A stretch of DNA of 64,000 bases from Cyanobacteria bacterium P01_F01_bin.150 (GTDB lineage: Bacteria; Cyanobacteriota; Cyanobacteriia; CAKZMO01), in the NCBI GenBank assembly GCA_039189765.1, contig JBCCYL010000004.1, positions 96,001-160,000 of the forward strand, in the 5' to 3' direction. The notes under the pieces are model-generated. The model was not told the DNA's origin. It ran no database searches and worked only from the letters and a program-made list of their open reading frames with translations. Of the stretch, positions 55,396 through 63,272 are shown one piece after another (positions within the stretch are counted from its first letter, which is position 1; the number at the start of each line of letters is the position of its first letter). The translations under genes were made by a program, and so were the position numbers.

Positions 55396-58011
55396 ATGAA
55401 ACTTTCTTCTAAAGGCAAAGAGCTTGTTCGGCTTTCACTAACCAATAAAGAGTGGACTCTAGAAAACCTTGCAGAAGCAAGTAATTTTTCAATTTCAACA
55501 GTCAAAAAATTCAGTGCAGGTGCTAATGTTCGCGACACTACTTTTGCAAGGATTTGTGCAACTTTAGGGATTGAGTGGAAACCTGCATCATACAGTCAGA
55601 TGACTGTACAAAAAAATGAGGATAATATATCTGAATTAATTGAAGCTAACCCTTCAGGCGATCAGCTTTCAATTAATTCTTTGAATTCTCAAAAAGTTGA
55701 AGAGTTTTTTATTAGAAATATTCAGAAGAAATGCCGCCAGAAAATCATCAATTATCATCACGATGATGTGATACTAAATGGAGACAGCATTGATATAAAT
55801 CAACTTTATGTAGATGTATATTTTTTTGAAAAACCAGAAAACAGATATTTTCATTCTGCTGAAGGTCTTTTGAAAAGATTTCGAGTACAAGAAGACAGAC
55901 TCATTCTCAGTAAACGTCTTCAAAATATACCAGGCTTAAATACTGCTACCACAAACTCCAAACTCATAATTTTAGGTAAACCTGGTGCTGGAAAGACATT
56001 TTTTTTAAAGCATTTAGCAGCAAAGTGGTGCTCTGGTGAATTTCATCCAGAATCTATTCTTATACTAATTCAATTTGAATTTATAAAAAATGATTTCTGG
56101 AATATGTTAAATACTTTAGACCAAGAATTAGGTCTAAAGGATTCATATGAAGTTTTAGAAATCGAGAATAAAATCAGCGAAATACAAGTAAACATTCTCC
56201 GTTCAAGACAGGAAAATAATAATTATAAAGATGGAGCTAGACTATTTGAAGCTCAATTTATAGAAGATAGAAGTGAGTACGAGGAAAAGAGTGTTAAATT
56301 AGAAAAAAAAATATTTTCAACAGAAATTCGAAATCTAAGTGAAAAGTTAGGGTCGTTTCCTCTCGTTCAACTTCTCGCAGCAGGAAAGCTTGTTGTTCTT
56401 ATGGATGGATTTGATAGAATTCCTACGGAAGAGTTACGAGTAAAAGTACAAGAGCAGATTATAGAAATATCAAACAAGTACCCTAAAAATAAATTTATTA
56501 TTACATCTAGAACGCAAAAAATTCCTGAAATCAATAACTTTAATTATTTTGAAATTTCAAAATTTAATCATGAACAGATTAAAAATTTTATCTGTAACTG
56601 GTTTAATTTAAGAAATAAATCTGAAACGTATACGCTTCAAAGGTGGGAAGAGATAAGAGATCATTTAATTAAATATCCTGAATTGAATGAAGTTGCATCT
56701 AATCCATTATTCTTAAGTCTAATATGTTTGGTTTTTGAGGATAACGATTCTTTTCCATCTGACTTAGCATGGTTTTACCAAAAATGTATTCAGTTAATGT
56801 TAAAGCCATGCATAGATAGACGAAAAGATAGTTTCAATAGAAGTAATGAAATTTATCAAAGTATAAATTCTGACGAGAAAGAGATGCTGCTGATGCAGAT
56901 TGCTGCTAATAAGTTTGTAGACCCCAACAATTTTGTTTTTTTTGAACAAGAAGATTTGGTGAGACAGATCAGTAATTATTTTCATCTAAACTCTTCTAGC
57001 GAAGGACTTGAAGTTTTGAGAAATATTGAAACGCAACATGGTTTATTGATTGAACGGGCTGATGGTATATGGTCATTTTCCCATTTTTCATTTCAAGAAT
57101 ACTTTGTGATTCAGTGGCTGAAGAGACTTACGCCTGAAGCTCTTGTTGATGTTGCTATTAATGAGACATGGCAAAAGGCTCTTACAAGATTGGCTCAGTC
57201 TCATCAATCTATCGATAAAGTTTTGAAATTGATAAAAGAAGCTGGCGAACAATTAGTATTTAGTGAATTAAAGATACAAAATATTCTTCAATGGATATAC
57301 AAAAGGCATTTAGCTATACGTAGCAATCATAAGAGCTATGCTGTGAGAGCTTTTTATTACATAAGTAACTTAATCATTAACGTTGAATGCGTTGATGAAT
57401 TAAATCTTGATTTTCATAGTTTGAGTCCTAATAAAATTGCGCTTAAATTAGATCCTAGGCTAGATCAATCAAGAGTTATAGAGCTAGATAGATTTTTGTT
57501 TTCTTTGCTATTCTATACTCGTAAATATTCTGTTTATGAGATAGTTGAAGACTCTTATAAATATTTTGAGATATCCTTTAAATATATATTGCAATTATCT
57601 TTAGATCCTGAATTTTCACAAAAAATCAAAGAATTTCAATCTAGATTAATAGAGATAAAAAAAAGAGGGCAAGATAGTAAAAGTGTAATCAAAGACTATT
57701 CTATGTGGAAACAAGATCTTCGGAAGGCAATCCTCTCGTATCGAGATTTAGGCCATGAATGGAAACTGACTGATGAGCAACAAGAGAAGTTAAAGCGCTA
57801 TTACGAGGTGAATAAATTTTTACTTTATATTTTAACTCTTGAAAGGCGAAGTAGTAGAGAGCTTCGCTCACATATCATTTCCACATTATTCCTTCCATGG
57901 ATAGAGATTCAGCATCGTCTGCCCTATCTCCATGACCGGATTATGCAACAAAAGGTCAATCTAAAACCAAAGCAGGAAATACAAATATCTGATGCAGGCA
58001 ATAAGGCTTAG
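55396..58011 (+). CDS. HTH-NACHT (STAND) NTPase with C-terminal helical domain
   Basis: XRE-like N-terminus, Walker A GKPGAGKT, Walker B LMDGFD, IITSR, NPLFLSLIC, HGLLIERA, FSHFSFQEYF. AT-rich. Confidence 0.9.
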   Translation: MKLSSKGKELVRLSLTNKEWTLENLAEASNFSISTVKKFSAGANVRDTTFARICATLGIEWKPASYSQMTVQKNEDNISELIEANPSGDQLSINSLNSQKVEEFFIRNIQKKCRQKIINYHHDDVILNGDSIDINQLYVDVYFFEKPENRYFHSAEGLLKRFRVQEDRLILSKRLQNIPGLNTATTNSKLIILGKPGAGKTFFLKHLAAKWCSGEFHPESILILIQFEFIKNDFWNMLNTLDQELGLKDSYEVLEIENKISEIQVNILRSRQENNNYKDGARLFEAQFIEDRSEYEEKSVKLEKKIFSTEIRNLSEKLGSFPLVQLLAAGKLVVLMDGFDRIPTEELRVKVQEQIIEISNKYPKNKFIITSRTQKIPEINNFNYFEISKFNHEQIKNFICNWFNLRNKSETYTLQRWEEIRDHLIKYPELNEVASNPLFLSLICLVFEDNDSFPSDLAWFYQKCIQLMLKPCIDRRKDSFNRSNEIYQSINSDEKEMLLMQIAANKFVDPNNFVFFEQEDLVRQISNYFHLNSSSEGLEVLRNIETQHGLLIERADGIWSFSHFSFQEYFVIQWLKRLTPEALVDVAINETWQKALTRLAQSHQSIDKVLKLIKEAGEQLVFSELKIQNILQWIYKRHLAIRSNHKSYAVRAFYYISNLIINVECVDELNLDFHSLSPNKIALKLDPRLDQSRVIELDRFLFSLLFYTRKYSVYEIVEDSYKYFEISFKYILQLSLDPEFSQKIKEFQSRLIEIKKRGQDSKSVIKDYSMWKQDLRKAILSYRDLGHEWKLTDEQQEKLKRYYEVNKFLLYILTLERRSSRELRSHIISTLFLPWIEIQHRLPYLHDRIMQQKVNLKPKQEIQISDAGNKA

Positions 58012-58249
58012 GGTTTAGAATTTTTCCAGGTTTCCTAATTTTTTTTTAACTAAGAGAAGGTTACTTGCTTGGCAAGCCACTTGTCAGATCCTGAAATCAG
58101 GAATGCATTTGCAGCGTTGCGAATTTTATCTTAAGAATTGACTAGCTTTCCCTTGTTCTCTATGTCTATGTGGCGCTCCTTTAAGGCTAAACCTATCTAT
58201 TCTTGTCACGGTAAAATAGCATTTCTTTTACAGGAATCGTTCTTTTTCC

Positions 58250-58870
58250 TCACTCCAAAAACTCCGATAGCTGAATCACTATACTTGGCAACGCAATCGG
58301 CTCAATCGAATCCTGAATGCCCAAAAGAATTTGAGACTGATATTCACCACCCTGCGGATTGCGCATAATCCAAACCTGGCGTTTCTTCACATCAACTATC
58401 CAGTATTCAGGGATATTTACTTGAGCATACAGTTGAGCTTTTTGCTGCCGATCAAACTTTAACGTTGAATTCGACACCTCAATTAGCAAATACACATCCT
58501 GTGGAGTAGGATGCCTGTCTCGATAGCGATTTTTATCAATGCGTACCACCGCAATATCAGGTTCTGGTTCAGAGTTTGGGCTAATGATTAACGGCAACTG
58601 TTGTCGAATCCAAGCTTTTCCCGCAAAGAGCAGCACAAACTCATTACCAAAGCTGGATGTCGTAGATGCATGAGGTGGTCCTTGTGGGAGTTTTTCGAGA
58701 ATATATCCATCAATAAGTTCAACATGTTCAGCTCTGCTGTGCCTTTGGCGATCGCCCTTATCTAAAATCCCCGCTGCAATCATTTGATGGTAATCCTCTA
58801 CAGTCCACCGTCTCTGAGGCAAGATATCTACGGCATCTTGGGCGTCTAGACTAGAACCTATTTGAATCAC
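58250..58870 (-). CDS. Uma2 family endonuclease with an 8-aa insertion
   Basis: RWTVEDYHQM, VELIDG, SEPEPDIAVV, LLIEVS, YAQVNIPEYWIVD. Confidence 0.9.
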   Translation of the reverse strand: MIQIGSSLDAQDAVDILPQRRWTVEDYHQMIAAGILDKGDRQRHSRAEHVELIDGYILEKLPQGPPHASTTSSFGNEFVLLFAGKAWIRQQLPLIISPNSEPEPDIAVVRIDKNRYRDRHPTPQDVYLLIEVSNSTLKFDRQQKAQLYAQVNIPEYWIVDVKKRQVWIMRNPQGGEYQSQILLGIQDSIEPIALPSIVIQLSEFLE

Positions 58871-59066
58871 CTGTAATCTCCCCTTTTGACTTGCACACAG
58901 GCATATTATTCAAAATCAACAACGGTGGGACTCATAGGATTTATGCTTCTACAGTATATCGTGCAGCCTTATCGAGCAGATTTAGAGAGAGAGTAGAGAG
59001 GTTCAATACGGTTGTTTCTCGTCCCGACTTCTGGTAGGCTCTCCGATTAAGCGTCCAAATTACGCG

Positions 59067-59143
59067 AAAAGCGTCCCCTAGATGTGGTTGCACACAGCTA
59101 GAGGACTATCCAACCCATCTGACCACGCAGACGGACTGGCTAT
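59067..59143 (-). ncRNA. Candidate cis-antisense sRNA (~77 nt)
   Basis: TGtCATAAT -10 at 59149-59157. Two stems pair fully only on the minus strand (G-U wobbles). Ends in a stem plus TTTT. Confidence 0.55.
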
Positions 59144-59246
59144 CAGGTATTATGACACCCCTGAACGCCATCCCATCTTGTTCTGCAATGATTTGGGGTG
59201 GCGTTTGACTTGGGCGCTCCGGAAAAAGCAAAACAGGAGTGTTCTA

Positions 59247-59570
59247 ATGACTACATCCACAAGCTTAGCCCATCGGCTCGGCGAATTTATGCAGCCCGAT
59301 AGCCTGGAGCAGGAAGGGGCCGAAATTTTGCGCATTGTCGCCATCGGCCCTCTTCCTGTAGTTAATCAGCACGTTATCCAGATGTACCAGCTCGGATACG
59401 CCCAGCCCCACGAGTGGTCCCGCCCGCTGCCCTATATCTACCCCAACCAAGTTATGCGAATTCTGACTAAGCGCAGCGCTGGAGGTAATCGTTTGGCCCG
59501 TAACCCAGCCGATAATCCGGCCAATAATCCAGCCGATAATCCAGCCAATAATCCTGGCTTAGACGGTTAG
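59247..59570 (+). CDS. Hypothetical 107-aa protein with long structured leader
   Basis: AGGAG RBS, core IGPLPVV...MYQLGYAQPHEWSRPLP...NQVMRILTK, C-terminal NPA(D/N) x4 from a 12-bp repeat. Confidence 0.7.
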   Translation: MTTSTSLAHRLGEFMQPDSLEQEGAEILRIVAIGPLPVVNQHVIQMYQLGYAQPHEWSRPLPYIYPNQVMRILTKRSAGGNRLARNPADNPANNPADNPANNPGLDG

Positions 59571-59600
59571 GAAATTGCGAGAACCTAACATGCCGCCTAC

Positions 59601-59679
59601 GTAGGATGGGCAAAACGAACGTGTGCCCATCAGGCATTGACTGTGGTGGGCACGTCCTAACGTCCTTTGCCCACCCTAC
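59601..59679. repeat. GTAG-type REPIN (same family as 17320-17398)
   Basis: GTAGGATGGGCAAA...TTTGCCCACCCTAC. Confidence 0.75.
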
Positions 59680-59727
59680 GCTGGTTTTTATGGTCTGGCA
59701 GATTCCCATTAGTCAACTGACAATTGA

Positions 59728-60088
59728 CAAAAAAATACCCGACCTGTTGATAGACCGGGGGAGTAGGCATTTAGAGTATTAGAAGGAGTTCAGAAGAAGG
59801 AGAAACGGAAAGTAAAACTTGTAAATGTTGTTCGTGTGTTTTTTGTGTGTATTAAATACTTCAGCCATTCCCCAAGGACTTCCTAAACGGCAATCGTGTT
59901 CTTGGTCAAGCAAGACGGTGATGGCTATCACTATGCCCAGAAAGGTGCTTTAGGCAATATGAGGCTATTGAACCTTCCGGCTGGGAAACGAGGTATGCCC
60001 TCCTACAGGACTGGAGCACTGGGAGGGATGGGGCTGATCGCTCCTTTTCCCACGATGTTCTTTGGGAGGCATAACTATCAATCAATCT
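59728..60088 (-). ncRNA. Candidate trans-acting sRNA
   Basis: TGcTAGGTT -10 at about 60095-60103, CU-rich 3' part with two CTCCTTCT motifs, terminator CCCGGTCT/AGGTCGGG plus T-run. The 5' end is uncertain. Confidence 0.45.
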
Positions 60089-60193
60089 CGCCATAACCTA
60101 GCATTCTCTCAAAATAGATTTTATTGCTTCGACAAACCCAGGTTACTGGCTGACTGACAAAAGTCTTGAAATCCTTGATTTTCCGTTCATGAC

Positions 60194-60315
60194 CCTGGCA
60201 ACTAGAAGTTGCAGCTACACAAACGAACTCCACCTCCGTGGACTATGTACATCAAGGGTTCTGATACCCCGCGTAGGCGGGTTTTGTTTGTGTAGCCGCA
60301 ATTTCAATTGCCAGG
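60194..60315. repeat. ~120-bp inverted-repeat element (REP/MITE-like)
   Basis: CCTGGCAA...GCAGCTACACAAAC pairs with GTTTGTGTAGCCGC...TTGCCAGG. Confidence 0.7.
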
Positions 60316-60351
60316 AAGGAAAGTTTCGTCAGTCAATCAGCCCACAAGTTA

Positions 60352-61032
60352 TCATAGGCCATCGATCTTTTCCAAGGATGCGAGGAAGAGGCGTAGACTG
60401 GGTTCGTGTTGGGAGAGCGATCGCAACCTCTTTCCATCCAACAATGGTTCACTCAATCGGTTATAAAACGCATAATTTTTTACAAATAATTTTCCTTTGA
60501 TTCCATGATCTTTTTCCAAAACATACTTGAGTGATTTTTCACAGCCTTTAGTTTTAGGCTTCTGGGGTATGGTGGATGCGTAGTGGGCTAGTAGCCAACA
60601 CTCGATGGAATGAACGCTGATACAGAAAATAATTTTCTCCTGATAATGCTCATAAAAACCAGCACTATTCGTATTAATATTCGCAATTAGCTTAGCGATA
60701 ATATTATCGACTACTGTCTCAACAGATAGCTCCTGATTTTCCCCATCTGCATGCGGGACATCAAAACCTGGATTGGGCGACACATCAGAGTCTATATGAA
60801 CAATCACATGCCGATTATTCAGAACAGCATCTCGAAATTGAGCTGTTTTCAAATACTCTAGAAGCATTTGCCAGCCGCCAAAATCCCGTTGCTTTTGGGT
60901 CGTTGCATCATAGGGCGGCTGCAAAGGTGCAACATCCTCGTCCAAGTCTTCATTATCGAAAAAGCCACACAGGATATTAGTAATAGTAACCTGATCGGTT
61001 ACGCCCTCACAAACTAACGCAAACTCTGCCAT
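60352..61032 (-). CDS. TOPRIM-like (DUF4276/RloB-like) putative nuclease partner of the ATPase
   Basis: VCEGVTD (TOPRIM-type Glu), HIDSD (DxD), SIECWLL. Starts 9 nt after the ATPase stop. Confidence 0.6.
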   Translation of the reverse strand: MAEFALVCEGVTDQVTITNILCGFFDNEDLDEDVAPLQPPYDATTQKQRDFGGWQMLLEYLKTAQFRDAVLNNRHVIVHIDSDVSPNPGFDVPHADGENQELSVETVVDNIIAKLIANINTNSAGFYEHYQEKIIFCISVHSIECWLLAHYASTIPQKPKTKGCEKSLKYVLEKDHGIKGKLFVKNYAFYNRLSEPLLDGKRLRSLSQHEPSLRLFLASLEKIDGL

Positions 61033-61041
61033 AGCAAATCT

Positions 61042-62295
61042 CTAAAAATTCTTTGGTAATCCACCCAAGTAGCCACGCAGAAACGCTTCCGATAGCTTTA
61101 ATTCTTCTCCTGTAGAAGAAACAGGTTTACTTTCAAGCCCAATCCGCTTTACCAGTGTGTGTCCTTTTCGGTTACGGGAGACCACAAATAACCGCTGGTC
61201 ATCATCTTCCAAATCTATTGCATCCAAGACCGCAGGGTTGTGGGCAGTTAAAAAGCACTGTTTATCAAACTTCTTAGCCAGCTTGACAATATCACCCACA
61301 ATTTTTGTGCAAAGTTTAGGGTTTAACGAAGCATCCACATTATCGATGGCAAAAATAGAGGGAGTATCTTGTGAAACCATCAGGGCCGCATAAAACAACA
61401 CGAACAAAAAACCTTCATTTGCGCTGCGCTGATCAAACCATGATTGTGTAAAACGATCGAAAATACTAATTCGTTCTTCCTCATCTATACTGTTCGAACT
61501 TGAGATATCAATATCTTCAAACCAGCCAAGCGCAGAAAGAGATTCTTTAATCGTTTCTAAGGGAATATCAGAATCATATTTATCCAATACCTTAATAAGC
61601 TTTAAGAGCCCTTCGCCATGAATTCCTAATGGTTCTATCTGGCCCTCTCTATACAGATTTCGTAGAGCGGTTTCTTCTGGAGAATAGATAATGATATTTG
61701 CAATAGGAATACGATTTTTCTCTTCTCTTAGCTTTGACCAGATTAAATCGAATAGAGTGCCAACATGGGCATAGCTTTCATCTCTTATTTCCTGACTTAA
61801 TAGTTTTGATAAGTCCGAGAGGCTTGGTTTTTCTCCAGAGTTTAATTCTAATAAATCACTAATGCTCTTCTGAAGAGTGTCTACTGCGCTATCAGCAGAC
61901 TCATTGTTTTTATTTTTGGCTAATTCATCGTTTTGAGCAGACTGTTCTATCGCTTCTGGTTCTATTCGGCAGGTCCACTTCGAATAGGGTCGGCCATCAT
62001 TTTCTAATTGATATGTCTTTTCTTTAGCGTCAAATTTTATCGTGATTTCAATTACCTGAGCCGGAACTGGTTCAAATGTAGACATCATTGATAATGGAGA
62101 GGTGACTCGGATGCCTCTATTCGCCAGAAATTCATTGTCAAGTTTATCGGCTTCTGCTGCAGACGCGAGGGCGATCGCCTCTAAAATATTGCTTTTGCCG
62201 CTGCCATTTTCACCAATAAAAATATTGACCCGCCCCACATCAAACTGGAGGTCAACGATGGATTTATAGTTTTTGATGCCAATTGACTCAATCAT
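61042..62295 (-). CDS. ABC-type AAA ATPase (AAA_15/AAA_21, OLD/AbiEii-like)
   Basis: IKNYKSI, GENGSGKSN, SANEG signature variant, FAIDNVDASLNP, LTAHNP. Confidence 0.85.
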   Translation of the reverse strand: MIESIGIKNYKSIVDLQFDVGRVNIFIGENGSGKSNILEAIALASAAEADKLDNEFLANRGIRVTSPLSMMSTFEPVPAQVIEITIKFDAKEKTYQLENDGRPYSKWTCRIEPEAIEQSAQNDELAKNKNNESADSAVDTLQKSISDLLELNSGEKPSLSDLSKLLSQEIRDESYAHVGTLFDLIWSKLREEKNRIPIANIIIYSPEETALRNLYREGQIEPLGIHGEGLLKLIKVLDKYDSDIPLETIKESLSALGWFEDIDISSSNSIDEEERISIFDRFTQSWFDQRSANEGFLFVLFYAALMVSQDTPSIFAIDNVDASLNPKLCTKIVGDIVKLAKKFDKQCFLTAHNPAVLDAIDLEDDDQRLFVVSRNRKGHTLVKRIGLESKPVSSTGEELKLSEAFLRGYLGGLPKNF

Positions 62296-62499
62296 ATAAA
62301 TAGTGCTGCGGCAAATGAATTATTCGTTTGTGGATTTGGGACGTTGTGAGACGTGGGTAGTCGGACTATGGGCGATGGGCGATCGCGCCACGGTCCGACA
62401 GACTCCATCACTGCATGTCATATTACCCCCAACTCCTGTTAACCCGCTGATCGCTTAGGATTAAAACATGGTTGACTCGCAGGAAATCGCTCACGGCTT

Positions 62500-63117
62500 A
62501 TGAAACGTATTGTTCAAGAGCAGTCCTACACCTTTAGTAAGTTTTTTGATCTAAAAATTGAGCCGAAAGACTTAGCCCAGTACTTTGGCTACTCATTTGT
62601 GCGAAAAAAGTTGAGACTACCCCGATATGAAGGGGATTTAGATCGGGTGGGTCCTTTGCAGGAACGGATTGAAGAAATTCTGCCCTATGCCTCATTGTCC
62701 AGCGAAGCCGCACGACGAGAATTGCTAATTTCTCCATTGATGTTGGATTTAGTTCACTATACAAAGGCTGAGATTTTTATTGAGTATGCCATCAAGGTTA
62801 GCGAACAATTACAGGGATCGCTGGACTATTTTTTAGAACGTTCCAGCTATTTGTTAGTGATTGAGGCCAAAAAGGAAGATTTAGACTACGGCATGACCCA
62901 GCTTATTGCCGAATTAATTGCCCTAGAGCAGTGGCAAGACCAAAAAGATCAAGTGTGTCTGGTCGGTGCTGTCACCACTGGTAAAATTTGGGAATTTGCC
63001 CGTTTACATCGGCCAGAGCAACGGATTGAACAGGGATTAGAAAGCTTCCGAGTTCCGGAAGATATTGAGCCATTAATGCGGATTTTAGTTCAGACGCTAA
63101 TGGGGGCTGATGACTGA
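62500..63117 (+). CDS. PD-(D/E)XK / HsdR-N-like protein
   Basis: SEAARRELLISP, GSLDY, VIEAKK, QLIAEL, GAVTTGKIWEF. Confidence 0.65.
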   Translation: MKRIVQEQSYTFSKFFDLKIEPKDLAQYFGYSFVRKKLRLPRYEGDLDRVGPLQERIEEILPYASLSSEAARRELLISPLMLDLVHYTKAEIFIEYAIKVSEQLQGSLDYFLERSSYLLVIEAKKEDLDYGMTQLIAELIALEQWQDQKDQVCLVGAVTTGKIWEFARLHRPEQRIEQGLESFRVPEDIEPLMRILVQTLMGADD

Positions 63118-63122
63118 TTCTT

Positions 63123-63229
63123 CTCGTTCCCAGCGTCTCGCTGGGAATGCCATTCTGAGACTCTGGCTCAGGATGGTCGCGGTCGCCAGAGTCTCCAATG
63201 ACCGTTCCCAGCCGGAGACTGGGAACTAG
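63123..63229. repeat. REP-like element between convergent genes
   Basis: CTCGTTCCCAG..CTGGGAATGC ... CGTTCCCAG..CTGGGAACTAG, two hairpins. Confidence 0.7.
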
Positions 63230-63272
63230 ATGCAAACGAGAAGACATGAGGCCGAACTTCTGCCGTGCAGTA

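Noticed and set aside
59082..59246. N-terminal extension of the 162-aa ORF in the track
   Set aside because: It runs through the structured leader. The RBS and protein-like core begin at ATG 59247.
59502..59558. 12-bp tandem repeat as a non-coding array
   Set aside because: It is an in-frame NPA(D/N) coding repeat without spacers.
59896..60500. Small ORFs 59896-60096, 59906-60094 and 60189-60500
   Set aside because: No RBS or motifs, and they overlap the candidate sRNA and inverted-repeat element. A dual-function RNA is not excluded.
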